A DNA stretch of 39,215 bases from a virus (IMGVR_UViG_3300031539_000125:1-39215), one strand, 5' to 3'. Shown: positions 19,909 to 28,898, numbered from the stretch's first letter. Numbers and translations: made by a program. Notes: generated by a model from the letters alone, not told the origin.

Positions 19909-20013
19909 GCCCTGCTAGCCCCTTCATCACCTCCCTTCAATCCATCAAAATTATGCGCAGGGGACTGCCTGCTTTAGCTGGCAGAGGAATGCGCATCCTT
20001 TCTCTTTTTTAGG

Positions 20014-20042
20014 TTGACAAATATTATATAAGGCGATATTAT
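20014..20042 (+). promoter_or_regulatory. Sigma70 promoter for a leaderless tnpA transcript
   Basis: TTGACA-N17-TATTAT, 7 nt before ATG 20050; no SD. Confidence 0.6.
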
Positions 20043-20049
20043 ATAATAC

Positions 20050-20445
20050 ATGAGCAAATACAGTAAAAACACCGGTGCAGTTTTCAGCCTTAAATATCAC
20101 ATCGTTTGGTGTCCGAAATATCGACGGAAAGTTCTTGAAAATGAAGTTGCCAAACGCCTTGAAATGTTGTTGCACCAAAAAGCCGATGAAATAAATATGG
20201 TTATTCATGGGCTTGAAATAATGCCCGATCATGTACATCTGTTTGTTGAATCCGATCCAACGTGGGCAGTTGCCGGCCTCGCACACGCTTTTAAGGGCTA
20301 TACGAGCCGTATTCTTAGAAAAGAATTTGCTTTTCTTCGTTCCAGACTGCCTACTCTTTGGAGTAAAAGCTATTATGCAGGGACAGTCGGGCATGTGTCT
20401 GAAGAAACGATTAAAAAATATATCGAATCTCAAAAAGGAAAATGA
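20050..20445 (+). CDS. tnpA: Y1 HUH transposase
   Basis: YHIVWCPKYRR, PDHVHL (HUH), LWSKSYY, IKKYIESQ (catalytic Tyr). Confidence 0.96.
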   Translation: MSKYSKNTGAVFSLKYHIVWCPKYRRKVLENEVAKRLEMLLHQKADEINMVIHGLEIMPDHVHLFVESDPTWAVAGLAHAFKGYTSRILRKEFAFLRSRLPTLWSKSYYAGTVGHVSEETIKKYIESQKGK

Positions 20446-21555
20446 ATGCGGAAAGCTTTCAAATATAGGCTTTTTACAAATAAGACTCAAGAAACCAAAC
20501 TGGAAAAGCTTTTCGATTCCGCCCGGTTTCTTTACAACTGCGCCCTTGAACATCGTATGGTTTACTGGAAGCAATGGCGCAAATCGGTCAATTATTACGA
20601 CCAGGCAAATACGATTAAAGAAATAAGAAGCTTCGATGAAGGCATTGCACAACTTAATTATTCCGCTTCTCAGGATATTCTCAGGCGACTGGATAAATCG
20701 TTCCAGGCTTTCTTTAGGCGATTGAAATTGGGTGACAAACCCGGCTTCCCCCGATTTAAAGGCCGAGACCGCTTTGATTCGATCACCTTCCCGTCCTATG
20801 GTGATGGAATCCGCCTCAAGAACGGCAAGCTCTACATTCAAAATGTCGGCAGTGTCAGAATCAGGGTGCATCGGGATCTTGAAGGAAAGATCAAAACTCT
20901 TGCTATCAAGTGGCAGAACGGGCACTTTTACGCTTGCTTTTCCTGTGATAATGTAATTCCAAAGATTCTTGATCCCTGCACTGATGAAGTCGGCATCGAT
21001 GTCGGTATCAAATCTTTTGCCGTGATGTCCAATGGTGAAGTCATAGATAACCCCAAATACCTGAAACAGTCCGAAGACAAGCTTAAGGATCTTCAGCGCA
21101 AACACTCTGAAAAGCGTACTCGCAAAACCAGAAAGAAGCTTTCCCGCCTGCACGCTAAAGTCGGCAACCAGCGCAAAGACTTTTTGCATAAGCTCAGCCG
21201 GAACATAGTCAACCGGTTCGGCTTTATCTTTGTCGAAGCCCTGAAGCCGAAACAAATGGTTAACGGCAATCACAGAATTTTGAACAAGTATATCAACGAC
21301 GCGGCATGGGCGATGTTCTTTGGCTGTTTGCAATACAAGGCAGAATGGGCCGGTAGAGCATTTGTCAAAGTCAACCCAAAAGGAACAACACAATCCTGCT
21401 CCAACTGTGGTGTGATTGTTCCAAAGGATTTGAGTATTAGAGTCCACGATTGTCCTTGTGGCTTTAAAACTTCCAGGGATCATAATGCCGCCTTAAATAT
21501 TCTCAGGCTGGGACACAGCCTTTGCTTTACGCAAGAAGCCGTCTGCTTCAGCTGA
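20446..21555 (+). CDS. tnpB: RNA-guided endonuclease TnpB
   Basis: PGFPRFK; RuvC residues GIDVG, FVEAL, RDHNAALNI; Zn finger CSNCG...CPCG. Confidence 0.95.
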   Translation: MRKAFKYRLFTNKTQETKLEKLFDSARFLYNCALEHRMVYWKQWRKSVNYYDQANTIKEIRSFDEGIAQLNYSASQDILRRLDKSFQAFFRRLKLGDKPGFPRFKGRDRFDSITFPSYGDGIRLKNGKLYIQNVGSVRIRVHRDLEGKIKTLAIKWQNGHFYACFSCDNVIPKILDPCTDEVGIDVGIKSFAVMSNGEVIDNPKYLKQSEDKLKDLQRKHSEKRTRKTRKKLSRLHAKVGNQRKDFLHKLSRNIVNRFGFIFVEALKPKQMVNGNHRILNKYINDAAWAMFFGCLQYKAEWAGRAFVKVNPKGTTQSCSNCGVIVPKDLSIRVHDCPCGFKTSRDHNAALNILRLGHSLCFTQEAVCFS

Positions 21556-21590
21556 CGGAGTTGTCACCTCCTACCCCCTTCACTGCCAGA

Positions 21591-21791
21591 TTATAATTCA
21601 TCTCCAAAATCTCTCATAACCATCTCAAATTCTCTTTGGATACACTGTGCTTTATGATTGGCTTCCATTAACTCTTTGAGCATCCATATTGGGGTGTATT
21701 TACGATTAATTCTATCTAGTATTCGTTGGATGCCATCCACTAGATGTTTTGCTTGATTACGGTTGTACTTTCTAGCTGATATTGCACTCAT
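21591..21791 (-). CDS. Hypothetical protein
   Basis: 66 aa with SD GGAGGT; last gene of the leftward arm. Confidence 0.55.
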   Translation of the reverse strand: MSAISARKYNRNQAKHLVDGIQRILDRINRKYTPIWMLKELMEANHKAQCIQREFEMVMRDFGDEL

Positions 21792-21977
21792 CTCCTACCT
21801 CCCCCACTGCCTCCGGTCTTATGTTATTTTTTTACAGTAAACCATCCAGATGTACATTCATGCACGTCTAAAATTTGAATGGTTTCTTTGTTAAACCCCC
21901 GATACTCCTTATTCCCCGAAACAGTCAAACAACAAAGATTAAATATAAACAAGTAAAACATTTCAACCCCTTACGCT

Positions 21978-22145
21978 TGATACCAATCTGATACCCCTAT
22001 AAATTCAGCTAGTTACACGGATTTAGTATCAGCCCATTTTTAAAGTTGTGGAATATCAACTACTTGCTAATGTAGGTCTTGGGGTTCAAATCCCCGCGTC
22101 CCGACCAAGTATCAGCAACACAATCCTTGCAATTACAACTACTTA
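21978..22145. other. attP: core is the 3' end of a tRNA-Pro gene (22081-22107), with IHF site and arm-type repeats
   Basis: GGGG-TTCAAAT-CCCC-G-CGTCCCG-A-CCA (T-arm plus Pro-type acceptor strand, no 5' half); exact IHF consensus TATCAACTACTTG at 22054-22066; TGATACC at 21978 and 21989, inverted GTATCAGC at 22026 and 22109; ~470 bp from the integrase 3' end. Confidence 0.8.
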
Positions 22146-22176
22146 TCTTGTCCGTGGTCATGGTTTTCACTCGGTT

Positions 22177-22419
22177 TCACCCTTCTAAAAACGGTTCAAG
22201 CGGGTTGCAACGGAGTAGCAAGGAATTTTTTTCCATTATAATCGAATATCGCCCCAATGGATCGGTTAAAATCTGAGGTTGGTTTAATGCCTCAGCATAC
22301 CAAATATCAGCGTCCCTATTGCCTTTTTGATAACCATTCCCGAATCCAATTTGATATGCTATATATCCCATAAATCCAAACATTCCTAAGATTATTAAAA
22401 AGGATAATAATTTCTCCAT
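22177..22419 (-). CDS. Small membrane protein
   Basis: N-terminal TM helix followed by GF.NGY.KG repeats; SD AAGGTG. Confidence 0.55.
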   Translation of the reverse strand: MEKLLSFLIILGMFGFMGYIAYQIGFGNGYQKGNRDADIWYAEALNQPQILTDPLGRYSIIMEKNSLLLRCNPLEPFLEG

Positions 22420-22446
22420 TTCCCACCTTTGCTTTGGATTAAGGTT

Positions 22447-22635
22447 TCAATCACTTACCCCTGGTTTGATTGATGCAGCTTTATCCAATACTAAACGAAG
22501 TTCTTTAGGGGAAATTCCCCACATTAAATTAATAAATTCAACGGAAATACCAACGTATTTTTCATTGGATAAATCAAAGTATTTCTTGTACTTTTCCCAT
22601 AATTCTGGGGGACATTTTTGTTTCTGCATAGACAT
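22447..22635 (-). CDS. Hypothetical protein
   Basis: 62 aa, SD GAGGTG; overlaps the integrase 3' end. Confidence 0.45.
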   Translation of the reverse strand: MSMQKQKCPPELWEKYKKYFDLSNEKYVGISVEFINLMWGISPKELRLVLDKAASIKPGVSD

Positions 22636-23656
22636 TTCTCACCTCATCCATCTCTATCTGGAAGTATCTTTCAAACGCCTTATTAGTCGAGTGCATGGTA
22701 GCCCGCTTGATTTGCTCCGGTGAACAATGCTCCCTCAGGGCCCGGGCCGAGCTGTGCCGTGTTCCTCCGTAGAGGTCAACACCCTCGATACCAAGATTTT
22801 TGCAAGCTTTTTTCCAATATCTGTATAGGTGTTTTCGTCCAAAGCCCGATAATTTGCTAGGGTTGACATTAGCACTGACCGCTTTGTTGTGTCGAAAAAA
22901 ATATACATGAGGCAGTGCTCTCGGAAAGGATTTGACCAATTCAATATCTTCAGCCAGTAAAGGAACAGTCTTAAGCTTATTTTCCTTATTATATTTAACA
23001 TTTACCACCCCCAGGGAGAGGTCAAAGTCTCCCTCTTTAATGTTTATAAGCTCCACTGGCCTGATGCTAATGTAAGTCGCCAGCCACTTAATCCCTATCC
23101 AAATCTTCGGGTTGATGTGATATGATATGCGTTTGACTTCCTCTATGATTCGCTGCTGTGTTTCCTTGTCTACTGTGCGCCGCCAACCTAGTTGGTACTT
23201 GACTTTCGGGAACTCGGGAAGCGGAATCTTTCGGTCCCGTTTACAGACCCACGAAAAAAAGGCGTGGATCGTTTCAAGATGCCGTGCTTTCGTAGTTGCA
23301 GATAATCCCCCTGGTAGAGATATAAGGAAATCCTCAATGTCACCGAAGGAAATGCTTTTAATATTCCGCGTTCCAAAGAAATCCATAGCTCTGCCCATGT
23401 GAGTTTTAAGATGACATATATCTCTGAGCCGATCTTTACGAACATCAATCCACTTCCCCGCCAAAGCAGAGAAAGCCAAAGGCTGATCTTTTTGATAATC
23501 TCTGACATCTAGTACCCCCTTGTCATGTTCATAACGTAGCCCGGTTAAGAATCTCTCTGCCTCGTCCCAGCTCTTAAACCGCCGGAATACCCCCGGAAAC
23601 TTGACGAAAAATGGAGCACCCTTGCCACTTTTGTTGACATATACCCTGCCTTTCAT
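22574..23656 (-). CDS. int: Tyrosine integrase
   Basis: Catalytic pattern SIRPVEL (R)...K...YGGTRHS...MHS...ERYF (Y); SAM-like core-binding region; start MKGRVY with SD AAGGGGG. Confidence 0.9.
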   Translation of the reverse strand: MKGRVYVNKSGKGAPFFVKFPGVFRRFKSWDEAERFLTGLRYEHDKGVLDVRDYQKDQPLAFSALAGKWIDVRKDRLRDICHLKTHMGRAMDFFGTRNIKSISFGDIEDFLISLPGGLSATTKARHLETIHAFFSWVCKRDRKIPLPEFPKVKYQLGWRRTVDKETQQRIIEEVKRISYHINPKIWIGIKWLATYISIRPVELINIKEGDFDLSLGVVNVKYNKENKLKTVPLLAEDIELVKSFPRALPHVYFFRHNKAVSANVNPSKLSGFGRKHLYRYWKKACKNLGIEGVDLYGGTRHSSARALREHCSPEQIKRATMHSTNKAFERYFQIEMDEVRNVYAETKMSPRIMGKVQEIL

Positions 23657-23716
23657 ACAGATCCCCCCTTTCTGTTTTTGGGGGAGTGTACTATGGAAGG
23701 GGGAAGGGGTCAACAT

Positions 23717-24391
23717 TCAGGAAACTCCCACAGGGGTAATTCTCACAAGATTCTTTTTTAGCTTAGCCTTTGTGAATATCCGTAAATCTGCTACTAATCT
23801 TTCTATCTTCTCCACACTTGGTGGCTCAGGTAAATTACTGTGCTGGCTGTCTGCTCCGATATTGACCCATGCAGGATTGCAAAGACCAATAAGGTTTAAC
23901 AATTCCTCTTCATCAAAATCCATGATTGGTTCGATTGTGACCATCGTTGAGAAGGTCTTTGAAAGTAAACCGAGAAATGTTGCCCGCTGATCTACCGGAG
24001 GAGCCATACCCATTTGAGGATAATTCCTGTTGGTTTCAATGGTAGTACCAAGGATTGAATTAATGGGAATATACTCTCTTAGCTTAAACATTCTCTTGAG
24101 GTTCTTGCTCTGGAAAAGATATCGAGGAGTAGGAAACTTAGCACAATATTCAAGAGTATTTTTTATCCATTCAACAGGAATTGCGTCTGCCCACATATCA
24201 CAAGAACTACCCACAAAAATGAAGTTTCCTTTCCCCAAGTCTGTCTTAAGTTCTTCCTGGTCAAATCGGAGATCACCCTGTTTGAATCTTCTCATGTAGC
24301 AGTAACTACAATCATGGGGGCATTTGCCCTTGATCGTATTCCAGGTGTGGGTGACAAAAGAATACATATTACCTTTACTTGGGTTAAGCAT
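23717..24391 (-). CDS. DUF5131 / gp37-gp68 family radical-SAM-like protein
   Basis: TWN...GKCPHDCSYCY (CX3CX2C), IFVGSSCDMW, FQSKN, GTTIE, TIEPI, WVNIGAD. Confidence 0.8.
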   Translation of the reverse strand: MLNPSKGNMYSFVTHTWNTIKGKCPHDCSYCYMRRFKQGDLRFDQEELKTDLGKGNFIFVGSSCDMWADAIPVEWIKNTLEYCAKFPTPRYLFQSKNLKRMFKLREYIPINSILGTTIETNRNYPQMGMAPPVDQRATFLGLLSKTFSTMVTIEPIMDFDEEELLNLIGLCNPAWVNIGADSQHSNLPEPPSVEKIERLVADLRIFTKAKLKKNLVRITPVGVS

Positions 24392-24394
24392 ATT

Positions 24395-24625
24395 TTACTC
24401 TCCCTCCTCCTGGGCTTTCATAGGATAATTAGCTGCCATTATGGTTAGCGGGCTATCTTGCACTAAATCTGGGTGATATATCGCAGCATAACATGCCTTC
24501 AGAGCGTCCGCAGCATCCTGGGCACTAGCCTCTTTCCCTCGCAATTTGTGTAATGCTTTTGCTGCTATCCTTATTTCATGTTCCCATAGGATTACTACGG
24601 TTTGCGTTTTTATTTTTGCTGGCAT
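24395..24625 (-). CDS. Hypothetical protein
   Basis: MPAKIK start with SD AAGGAG. Confidence 0.5.
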   Translation of the reverse strand: MPAKIKTQTVVILWEHEIRIAAKALHKLRGKEASAQDAADALKACYAAIYHPDLVQDSPLTIMAANYPMKAQEEGE

Positions 24626-24677
24626 CTCTCTCCTTTCAATGCCCCGTTTCGCATTCTTGCATGGTGGGGCTGACCAG

Positions 24678-24872
24678 TTATTTAGGAGGAGGAAACCATT
24701 CACCACCTTTCGAGTGGATTCTTACCTTGCCTGTCTTTGTTACATATACCTCTATGTCGTGTTTATCTGTTTTAATGCCTATTGTCACACAACCCTTTCT
24801 TTCATCTGAACAAATCCGGGTGACCTTGGCATTCCCCCACTCAAAGCCGTAGTGTGTCTCCTTATAGTGCAT
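24678..24872 (-). CDS. Hypothetical protein
   Basis: MHYKETHYGFEWG...YVTKTGKVRI; SD GGAGG; overlaps the upstream gene's stop. Confidence 0.55.
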   Translation of the reverse strand: MHYKETHYGFEWGNAKVTRICSDERKGCVTIGIKTDKHDIEVYVTKTGKVRIHSKGGEWFPPPK

Positions 24873-26043
24873 CTCCCTCCTCAATAACCGGAGCCCTGTT
24901 CTGATACTCCCACTCGCTGTACGCCTGGCACTTGGGCTTGTCGTCACAGTTTCCTTCACAGACTCGAATGAATACATACCTCTTCTTTTCGGGACACCAG
25001 ATCGACGCCCCATTCCCCTTTACCTCCTTCTCCTCTTCATGGCGCTTATGGATGCCAGCCGCTACCTCTTCGGCAGGGGTAATGGGTTTAACTTCTGGCT
25101 TTGGGTCCAAAGGCCAGGGCTCGGCATACAGCTTATGCCACTTTGCTTTTGCCTCCTGTAGATCTTCAGGTGAAAGCGTCCTGAGTTCCTCAAGGTGGGT
25201 ATGGATGTAGGTACTGTATCCATGGCTTTTGAGGTTAATCCATTCCTCACGGAAAGGATCTTTGGCCTCTGGCTCAGGGTCAGGGCTCTTCGTCGAGCCT
25301 GGGGCATCCTGCGAAGCTTGGGGGGGGTTCTCCGCTTCTCCTTTGACAGAGTAAAGGTCTACCCCTTCTTTCGATTCGGCGCCATTTGCTACCTTTAATG
25401 TTCTCTCAGGCGTGACATCAATAATCATGTCTTCCAGTTCATCAATAGTCTGTATCCCCATTTTTAGACCGGGCTCATACGCATTGATGAAAAAAGACGC
25501 TGATCGATAGCGATACATTTGACCGGGCATGTTTCGCCACATATTTGATTCAACTTTTTTGTCCGGCCCCGGTTTGTCATACCAACCCATCCCCTGGATT
25601 AAATCAAAATCAATCCAATCTCCGTAAAGATTTTCTCCTGTTTCTTTGTCTTTCGCATAAGCTCGACACGCAGCATCTTTTCCTTTTGGGAAATCTCCCT
25701 TCATCTCCCATCGAAGCGGAGGAACAAAAAGTTTTGTTCGTTCATTGAAAAGTGCAATGAGCAACTTCGCCTCAAATCCTGGCCTTCCGTGAACTGTATA
25801 GCTTGTTTGCATGAGACCAAAAACGTCTATGCCAAGGCGCTCGGAAAGATTCAGCATTATCATACAATTTCCTACGCCTGCTCCCCCTCTGAAATGATCA
25901 GGAACCATTGTTGAAGCGGCTAGCATTCCGGCTACTTTTTTGGCAAATTCAAATCTTTCCACATCCAGAAAGATAGATGATTCTCCACGCTTTGCCAAAG
26001 CCAACTCATGTCGTTTAATTTCTGCCAATCCTGTCTCTTCCAT
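24862..26043 (-). CDS. RecT/Bet-like single-strand annealing protein
   Basis: LAASTMVPDHFRG..GNC...LMQ..Y.VHGRP...W..MP.QM.RYRS..F...Y.P..KMG; adjacent to the exonuclease. Confidence 0.8.
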   Translation of the reverse strand: MEETGLAEIKRHELALAKRGESSIFLDVERFEFAKKVAGMLAASTMVPDHFRGGAGVGNCMIMLNLSERLGIDVFGLMQTSYTVHGRPGFEAKLLIALFNERTKLFVPPLRWEMKGDFPKGKDAACRAYAKDKETGENLYGDWIDFDLIQGMGWYDKPGPDKKVESNMWRNMPGQMYRYRSASFFINAYEPGLKMGIQTIDELEDMIIDVTPERTLKVANGAESKEGVDLYSVKGEAENPPQASQDAPGSTKSPDPEPEAKDPFREEWINLKSHGYSTYIHTHLEELRTLSPEDLQEAKAKWHKLYAEPWPLDPKPEVKPITPAEEVAAGIHKRHEEEKEVKGNGASIWCPEKKRYVFIRVCEGNCDDKPKCQAYSEWEYQNRAPVIEEGDAL

Positions 26044-26055
26044 CCTTCTCCTCCG

Positions 26056-26874
26056 TTATTCAATTATAAAATTTTGACGTTTCTTCCATCCCGGCAGATC
26101 CAAGTTATTCACCTCTATTGGGTAACATGGCCAGGAGTTTTCCTTCATGCAACGCTCATAAATCCCAAGTATTTGATTGCACCTAACAAGGCCGTCTTGA
26201 ATCAGGTCATTTGTGGCCTTATATACGATAACCCCGAAAGGCGGCTCCTTCTCCACTGCAACAAAATAGAAGTCCTCATGCTCGACTTGCGTTATTTGTG
26301 TGAGTCCATAGAGATACCAAGCTGCTTGAATGCCGTACCCTAAGTCATAGGCCTTCTTCCCCCACGGTCCCGGTCGTGCGTCAGTCGTAGATTTCAAATC
26401 AACAATGACTCGCTGTTCGGTATTGAGCCAATCCAAGCGGAGTTTACACAAGATATCTTTTACCATCGAATCATACCAATAACCCGAAAGCTCTTTTTTG
26501 CCATATTGCAACAACTCCTTTGCCTGGGGATGTTCAAAAATTGCATTTCGCATACCTTCAATGTTGGCCTTCTCCTGATGTGCAAGGAGATATTGATTTT
26601 TCTCTTGAGCCTCGACTGCCATTTCCTTGCCGAGTTTCATTGCTTTGGTGATTCCAGGAGGCAGGAAAACAAAATTTTGTTTGTAATAATCAGGCTCCAA
26701 AGCAGCAGCATGAAAGGCTGAACCTAAAATCATGGCCGACGTTTCTTGATATTGTTCTTTGGCTTTGTAATGGGCTGGTGAGCGTTCGAGTAGTCGAAGA
26801 TCAGAACTGCTCAGACCTGGCCCATCATGATATTTCTGATTCTCTATATTATAAAAACCTGTTTCCATTTGCAT
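26056..26874 (-). CDS. RecE/DUF3799-type PD-(D/E)XK exonuclease
   Basis: YH...LSSSDL...SPAHY, GSAFH..ALEP, KLRLD, VDLKST, YGIQAAWY, FVAVEKEPPF. Confidence 0.88.
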   Translation of the reverse strand: MQMETGFYNIENQKYHDGPGLSSSDLRLLERSPAHYKAKEQYQETSAMILGSAFHAAALEPDYYKQNFVFLPPGITKAMKLGKEMAVEAQEKNQYLLAHQEKANIEGMRNAIFEHPQAKELLQYGKKELSGYWYDSMVKDILCKLRLDWLNTEQRVIVDLKSTTDARPGPWGKKAYDLGYGIQAAWYLYGLTQITQVEHEDFYFVAVEKEPPFGVIVYKATNDLIQDGLVRCNQILGIYERCMKENSWPCYPIEVNNLDLPGWKKRQNFIIE

Positions 26875-26965
26875 ATTTACCCTCCTATCACTGCGAAATA
26901 ATGCCAGGCATACCCACACATTACCCCTGTCGCAAACAGGCACAGGGCACACATTAACAAGATCG

Positions 26966-27190
26966 CTATGGTTGTTTCGATAGACATTCCAGGGCCTCCT
27001 TTGCTATGTTTGCGATGTTAAAACAGATAGCTCGCTGATCTATCCAGGGAAGGGTATCTGATTGCTCAGGACTAGCCCAAGCGTATATCACCGTGAGCGC
27101 ACTTTCCATCTCCTGATATCGGTACTCCCGGCAGTCACAACCGTAATAATGGGTCACGCACTTCTCGGCTCGCTTCTTTGATATAGTCAT
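26966..27190 (-). CDS. Hypothetical protein
   Basis: CVTHYYGCDCRE motif; start uncertain. Confidence 0.5.
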   Translation of the reverse strand: MTISKKRAEKCVTHYYGCDCREYRYQEMESALTVIYAWASPEQSDTLPWIDQRAICFNIANIAKEALECLSKQP

Positions 27191-27339
27191 TTGCGAACTG
27201 GCTCTACATAACAATAACATTCCCAACAAAAAGGTTCTCCATTAAACCCAGCAGCATAAAGTCTTCCATTACAATGGGGGCACCTGAAAGACTCAGGCCA
27301 TAATAATTTATTATCCGTATTCATTTATGTACCTCTACT

Positions 27340-27579
27340 CTAACCGCATTTAGGGCAGGGCTTCCCTTCTCGGAACCATCCCCTACCTTCATGTCCACAA
27401 GGTTCTTTAGTTGTAGGTTCGATATCAGGTTTCGCAGGGGTAGGCTTAACCATAAGTTTAGTACGGCAAAACCCACACCAACAAAACCCTATAAATCCTT
27501 CACTCGTAGGTTTATCAAATTGGTATCTCTCCAGAAAAATATGTCCACAACTGCATTGACTAGGATAAAAAATCTTCAC
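27340..27579 (-). CDS. Small Cys-rich zinc-binding protein
   Basis: CSCGH, CGFC, CGH, CPKCG; GTG start with SD GGAGGTG. Confidence 0.55.
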   Translation of the reverse strand: MKIFYPSQCSCGHIFLERYQFDKPTSEGFIGFCWCGFCRTKLMVKPTPAKPDIEPTTKEPCGHEGRGWFREGKPCPKCG

Positions 27580-27742
27580 CTACACCTCCTACACACAAAC
27601 ACCCCCGGCCATATATAGGCCCGATTAGTTACCGGTTTATTACACTCGATGCACACAGAAACAATCGGCAAGGGTTTAGGAACTGGTGGCATGGCGATTG
27701 CGGATGGGGCCAGGAGCAGCAGGCTAAAAATTAACGCCCTGA

Positions 27743-28009
27743 TCATTTCCAACAATGCTTCCCACCATGCCAGTTCTGTAGCTTGCGTTTAAGAGCGGAA
27801 ACTTCTTCAGAATCCAGGTAATACACTGGATCACTGGCAATTTTTGTATAGAATTTATTAAGTTCTTTATTGAATTGCCGTGTTACCAATTCAGCAGTTT
27901 CTTGGCTATCACATTCATGGCTAAACGCATAAAAAGGTTTACAGGTTTTTAATCCACTATCCATTTGTAGCCAAACAACATCATTTACACGCTCAAAAGA
28001 GGGGTTCAT
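27743..28009 (-). CDS. Hypothetical protein
   Basis: 88 aa, SD AGGAGGTG. Confidence 0.6.
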   Translation of the reverse strand: MNPSFERVNDVVWLQMDSGLKTCKPFYAFSHECDSQETAELVTRQFNKELNKFYTKIASDPVYYLDSEEVSALKRKLQNWHGGKHCWK

Positions 28010-28431
28010 TTTTCACCTCCTAAAAATTAGAATCCTAATCATCGTCATCATCATCACCCCATAGCGGCTTGGCGAAGTACCGGACTATCCAAATCACCGC
28101 AGCAGCAATTACGATTACGAATATGATTTCTAACATTCCCTTTCCCTCTCAACGATAGGGTACTTGGCGGAAATCCTCTTCAGAATGCGTCCGGTTATCA
28201 AACCCGCAAAGATGCTTACAATGAACCAACCCAATATCCAGACTATCCATAATTTCAACGGTGCCATTTCAATCTCCTTCTAGCCGGAGGCCCTACCCCA
28301 AGACCCCCGGCATATACTAGGGTTAGGCTGTTAGTTGACATGCCAACAGGTAAGAGTTAGGGGGGAAAGCTCCATTTGTTCTTGGGATTTAAGGAGCGGC
28401 CCCACACCTTGTTGACCCCCCTAATTTTAGA

Positions 28432-28583
28432 CTTGCCCTTGAACCTTGTCTTTTATTCGTAGCATGTTACTGTGTATCAAGGCCGTTCCTATAGCTACCT
28501 TGACAGTGACCAACATCGGGTGTTGCCCAAGCACCTGTTTCCAGGTCGCACACACGGTTTTTCTTTCCTTTAACAAGGGCAAG
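28432..28583 (-). ncRNA. Multibranch structured RNA domain
   Basis: 10-bp closing stem CTTGCCCTTG/CAAGGGCAAG; inner ACCTG-GAAA-CAGGT GNRA hairpin, TTGGG/CCCGA hairpin and ACTG-TCAAGG/CCTTGA..CAGT stem. Confidence 0.55.
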
Positions 28584-28707
28584 ATAACCTCTACTGGCAA
28601 CCAGGGATTCCCGATTCTCCACCCTGTAATTCGTACCTCCAAAAAGGACGCGTGCTAAATACGAACTAGCAATTTATTAATCGTTCTACGCACTGCCAGC
28701 GATTTTG

Positions 28708-28898
28708 TGCCGGTAGCCAGGATTTGAACCTGGACGTGGTTGTTGGGTCATCTCTTCTTAGTTTCCCAAGCCCCTGTCAACAAGATGCTATATTTGACAC
28801 GAGATATAGTATAGCTTGCTCGTAGTTTAATGTGAATTACAACTGTCCACTTCTATTCACTTTGAATGCGTCTACCAAATCTTTCCGCCACTACCGGC
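28708..28898 (-). ncRNA. tRNA-Leu-like RNA (~191 nt) with the anticodon/variable region replaced by a ~130-nt structured domain
   Basis: GCCGGTAG-TG-GCGGAAAGATTTGGTAGACGC-A ... CGT-CCAGG-TTCAAAT-CCTGG-CTACCGGC-A: 8-bp acceptor, Leu-type D arm, perfect T arm, no encoded CCA. Confidence 0.75.

Larger units (their letters stand above)
19946..21567 (+). mobile_element. IS200/IS605-family element (tnpA+tnpB), target CCAT
   Basis: Left end: CCAT|15 nt-GGGA-hairpin CTGCCTGCTTTAGCTGGCAG; right end: GAAG-hairpin CCGTCTGCTTCAGCTGACGG-AGTTG-TCAC. Both obey IS608 guide/cleavage pairing. Confidence 0.9.

Noticed and set aside
19951-21483. 510-aa minus-strand ORF
   Set aside because: Antisense shadow of tnpA/tnpB, common in IS605 elements; no recognisable motifs.
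22074-22107. Complete tRNA gene
   Set aside because: Only the T arm and 3' acceptor strand are present; treated as the attP core.
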